Source of the DNA: Lytechinus pictus
Taxonomy: Eukaryota
DNA length: 64,000 bases
Reading direction: 5' to 3'
Assembly: GCF_037042905.1 (NCBI RefSeq)
Contig: NC_087249.1
Location: 9,240,001-9,304,000 of the forward strand
The notes beneath the pieces are model-generated. The model was not told where the DNA came from. It did no database searches and saw only the letters and a list, made by a program, of their open reading frames with translations. Positions 61,228 to 64,000 of the stretch are shown here, piece after piece; the stretch's first letter is position 1; the number at the start of each line of letters is the position of its first letter. The position numbers were made by a program, and so were the translations under genes.

Positions 61228-64000
61228 TTATACGCACATCCTGGTCGGTATGCTAATGACGTCATCCACTCACTTTTTCTTTTGTATTCTATTACATGAA
61301 ATATGAAATATTCTAATTTTCTCCTCATTGTCAAGTGAAACAACGATTGATTCCTCCATGAACGTGTGGAACTAGCATTGCTTAAAACTATATGATTCAG
61401 TCAAGTTGGTCCCTATTGTCAAATCTGTAAAAAATGAAATATTGTATAATTCAAACAATAAAAAACAAAAGAAATAGTGAGTGACGAACATCATTGACTG
61501 TCTCATTTACATGTCACTGAGTTGTGCATATCACTGTTTTGTGAAAAATAAGTGAAACTTTAAAATGTCGTAACTTTCTTATTTAACATCCGATTTTGAT
61601 GAAATTTTCAGCGTCATGCCAGTTTGATTTTTCTATATTTATCAACATTTTTCTGGGGTGGACTTGACCTTTAAACAATGTTTTTACTGTGAAGTATATT
61701 AATGATACCGTTCACTCTCAGCGATATTGATATTCTTGTATTAAAAACGCCATTGTCATTGGGCTATTTCAACTCAATTAACCTCAATCAACCTAAAAAT
61801 GTTATATTATCAGCATTACGTAACTCAACATGGTTAATCGACTTCGTCAATGATAATTTGCCTAATCAATTTTTTTTTTTTTAGTAAAATAAAATCCCAA
61901 ACTTGATTTCGATGTCTCATCCGTCATGGTGCTAATGTCAAAATATGAAATTAATTCTTTGATTTCATATTCGCATTAATTATTAAAAAAGAAACCTCTG
62001 TAAATGAAAGTGAGATGAAAGTTACATCGCCATTGACGTGACGGGGAATCCCCCAGCGAGATTCATATATCAACAATGTGTATGGAGACGAGTAAGACTC
62101 ACAGCAAAATAACTGTGGTATATTTAGCCTTTGGGCTAGGGTCATGCACTCTTCGGAATCTGACGCATTCGCCTTGGCTGATGGGATATACAGCGTTGTG
62201 TTAGGAGCAAGATGCGTGTGGGGTTATATACTCAAGATATTTTGAGAGTGAGTTTCTCCGCACGGTGGGGCATATAGATGCCATCACTATTACAAGAGAT
62301 TGGCTGAAACTTTCTGGCTTTTAAATGATTAATAATTTCCGAACAGGGACAATGGGGGGGGGGGGGTTTACATTGAAAGAATTTGTAACATATAATGGAA
62401 AAATATCTTTGTAATTATAATGGGAGAGCATACATGCGAGCATGCAAAGATGACAAAAAACTGCCAAGAGAATATTACGACAATGAGAAAATGAAAGAAT
62501 TATCAGAAATTGAATAGATAAAAACAACAAAAAGGGCCCTTTAATGGAAATTGGATGAAATAATAAAGAACCATATGCGAGAGAGAGAGAGAGGGGGTGG
62601 GAGGAAGAAAGAAAGGGAAAAGGGTGGAATGTGTGTGATATAAAGAGAGCAAGAGTGAGAAGGAGATAGTGGGGGAGAGAGGAATATAAAGGAGAGGAAA
62701 TAAGTCAGAGAGAGAGATAGAGAGTATGGAAATGATCGAGAAGAATCTAAACTACGTTCTCATCTACTTTAGATCGCATACAGATTCGCAATGACGTCAT
62801 TTGACATCCATTGCTATTTTGGGTATTCATCTCTCACATGTAGTTGTATATCAGTCTCCCCTCATTCACTATAAGGACCTATTTCCCATCATGCCATTGC
62901 AAACAATAGACAAAAATAGAAGCAATACGTGCCTTTGGTCAGGTGCAGTTGCTTCAATCTGTCGGGCATGTAAACAAAATCACACCCTCGGGTAAGAAAA
63001 GTTCCACCCCCCTCCTTCTCTCTCTATGTCTCTATTCCCTTTCTCTGATTTTGATTCTCTACAGTCCCATACTGTTATTGGTTGTGTATATGATATTTTG
63101 TTTGTTTCATTCTCCCTACTTTCTTTCTCCTATTCTCCCTAATGCCCCTCTATTATTATGCCATTATTTTTCTTCTTAGTCTTTTATTTGGATTTGCAAG
63201 TTACACCCACCCCCTCTTTCTCCCTCTTTCTTTCTTCTTTCTATTTATTTTCATAAGCCAGCTTGACAGTATTCTTTCTTCCCCACCCCCTCTCTCCCCC
63301 ATCCCTCCATTTCTCTCTCCCCCATCTCTTCCTCCCTCCCTACGCCACCCCTCCCTCCCCCTCCCTCTCTCTCTCGCTCTCTCTTCCCCTTTCTATGACT
63401 TGCTTCTCGCTTTAGTCCCATTCTGCTATGTTACTTATATTATATTTTGTTTCCTTCTTCCGAATTTCTTTTCCTGTTCCCCCAAATATCCCTCCTGCAA
63501 TTATCATTCCATTATTTTCTTCTCATTCTTTTATTTGGATTTGTAAGTTCCACCCTCCCCATCACACCCCCCCCCCCATTTTCTTTCTTCTAGCTATTTC
63601 TTTGCAAATAACTAATTGACTTAAACGGAATTTGAATAACAAGAACCTTCATATGGATTAATAACAAAATATTGAACATTATCTGTTTTCCCCCGACCAT
63701 GTACCTTTAACCTTTTCTCCCAACCACTTCCTCCTACCTTAAAACGAATCTCTAAATGTTTTTTTTTCTTCTGCCATTTAAAGATCACTGGAAGCACAGA
63801 TATAAGGTACAAACACCATCGGCCTTACTAGAAGTGAATTAGAATGAAATATCAATAAAGAAAATAGAGGAAATATTATGATACCGTAACCCTCAACACC
63901 CATCGTTCGATATTATTACGTAAGAATGATAATGCTAAAAATAACCAAACACGACCTTACGGCAAACATTTCTCTGTAAATAGAACCCACTGGGTCAACA

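Larger units (their letters stand above)
56616..61670. mobile_element. TTAA-targeting MITE (Kolobok-like AGG...CCT ends) hosting the nested elements
   Basis: ttaa|aggacaagtccaccc ... ggggtggacttgacct|ttaa; same family as 24285-24806 and 27521-28123. Confidence 0.88.

Overview
AT-rich, repeat-dense eukaryotic (metazoan) DNA. The repeat families look sea-urchin or marine-invertebrate-like, but that is an inference. Main content: (1) A + strand gene with four coding exons (CDS 10941-16470, ~553 aa by my splice reconstruction). It has a Ski/Sno/SKOR-type SAND-like zinc module (C-x2-C-x11-H-x-H) and a C-terminal coiled coil, but no N-terminal Dachshund-homology domain. (2) A - strand five-exon gene remnant (1894-4526) with three reading-frame lesions, repeated G-[VM]-A-F-E-[IV] motifs, a 4x amplified terminal segment and an older paralogous copy next to it. 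(3) An intact, very young 9,275-bp Ty3/gypsy LTR retrotransposon (33267-42541) with 557-bp LTRs, a CTTAG TSD, a tRNA-Leu-like PBS and a -1 gag-pol frameshift signal. (4) A three- to four-level nest of non-autonomous DNA transposons (56401-61691) whose core is a ~4-kb near-perfect foldback with TAT...ATA ends and a 6-bp TSD. (5) Many MITEs, Helentron-like elements and tRNA-derived SINEs, plus two identical 23-bp hairpin inserts with independent 7-bp TSDs that resemble P-element excision footprints. Most of the short ORFs in the supplied track are spurious. All analysis was by eye; no searches were run.
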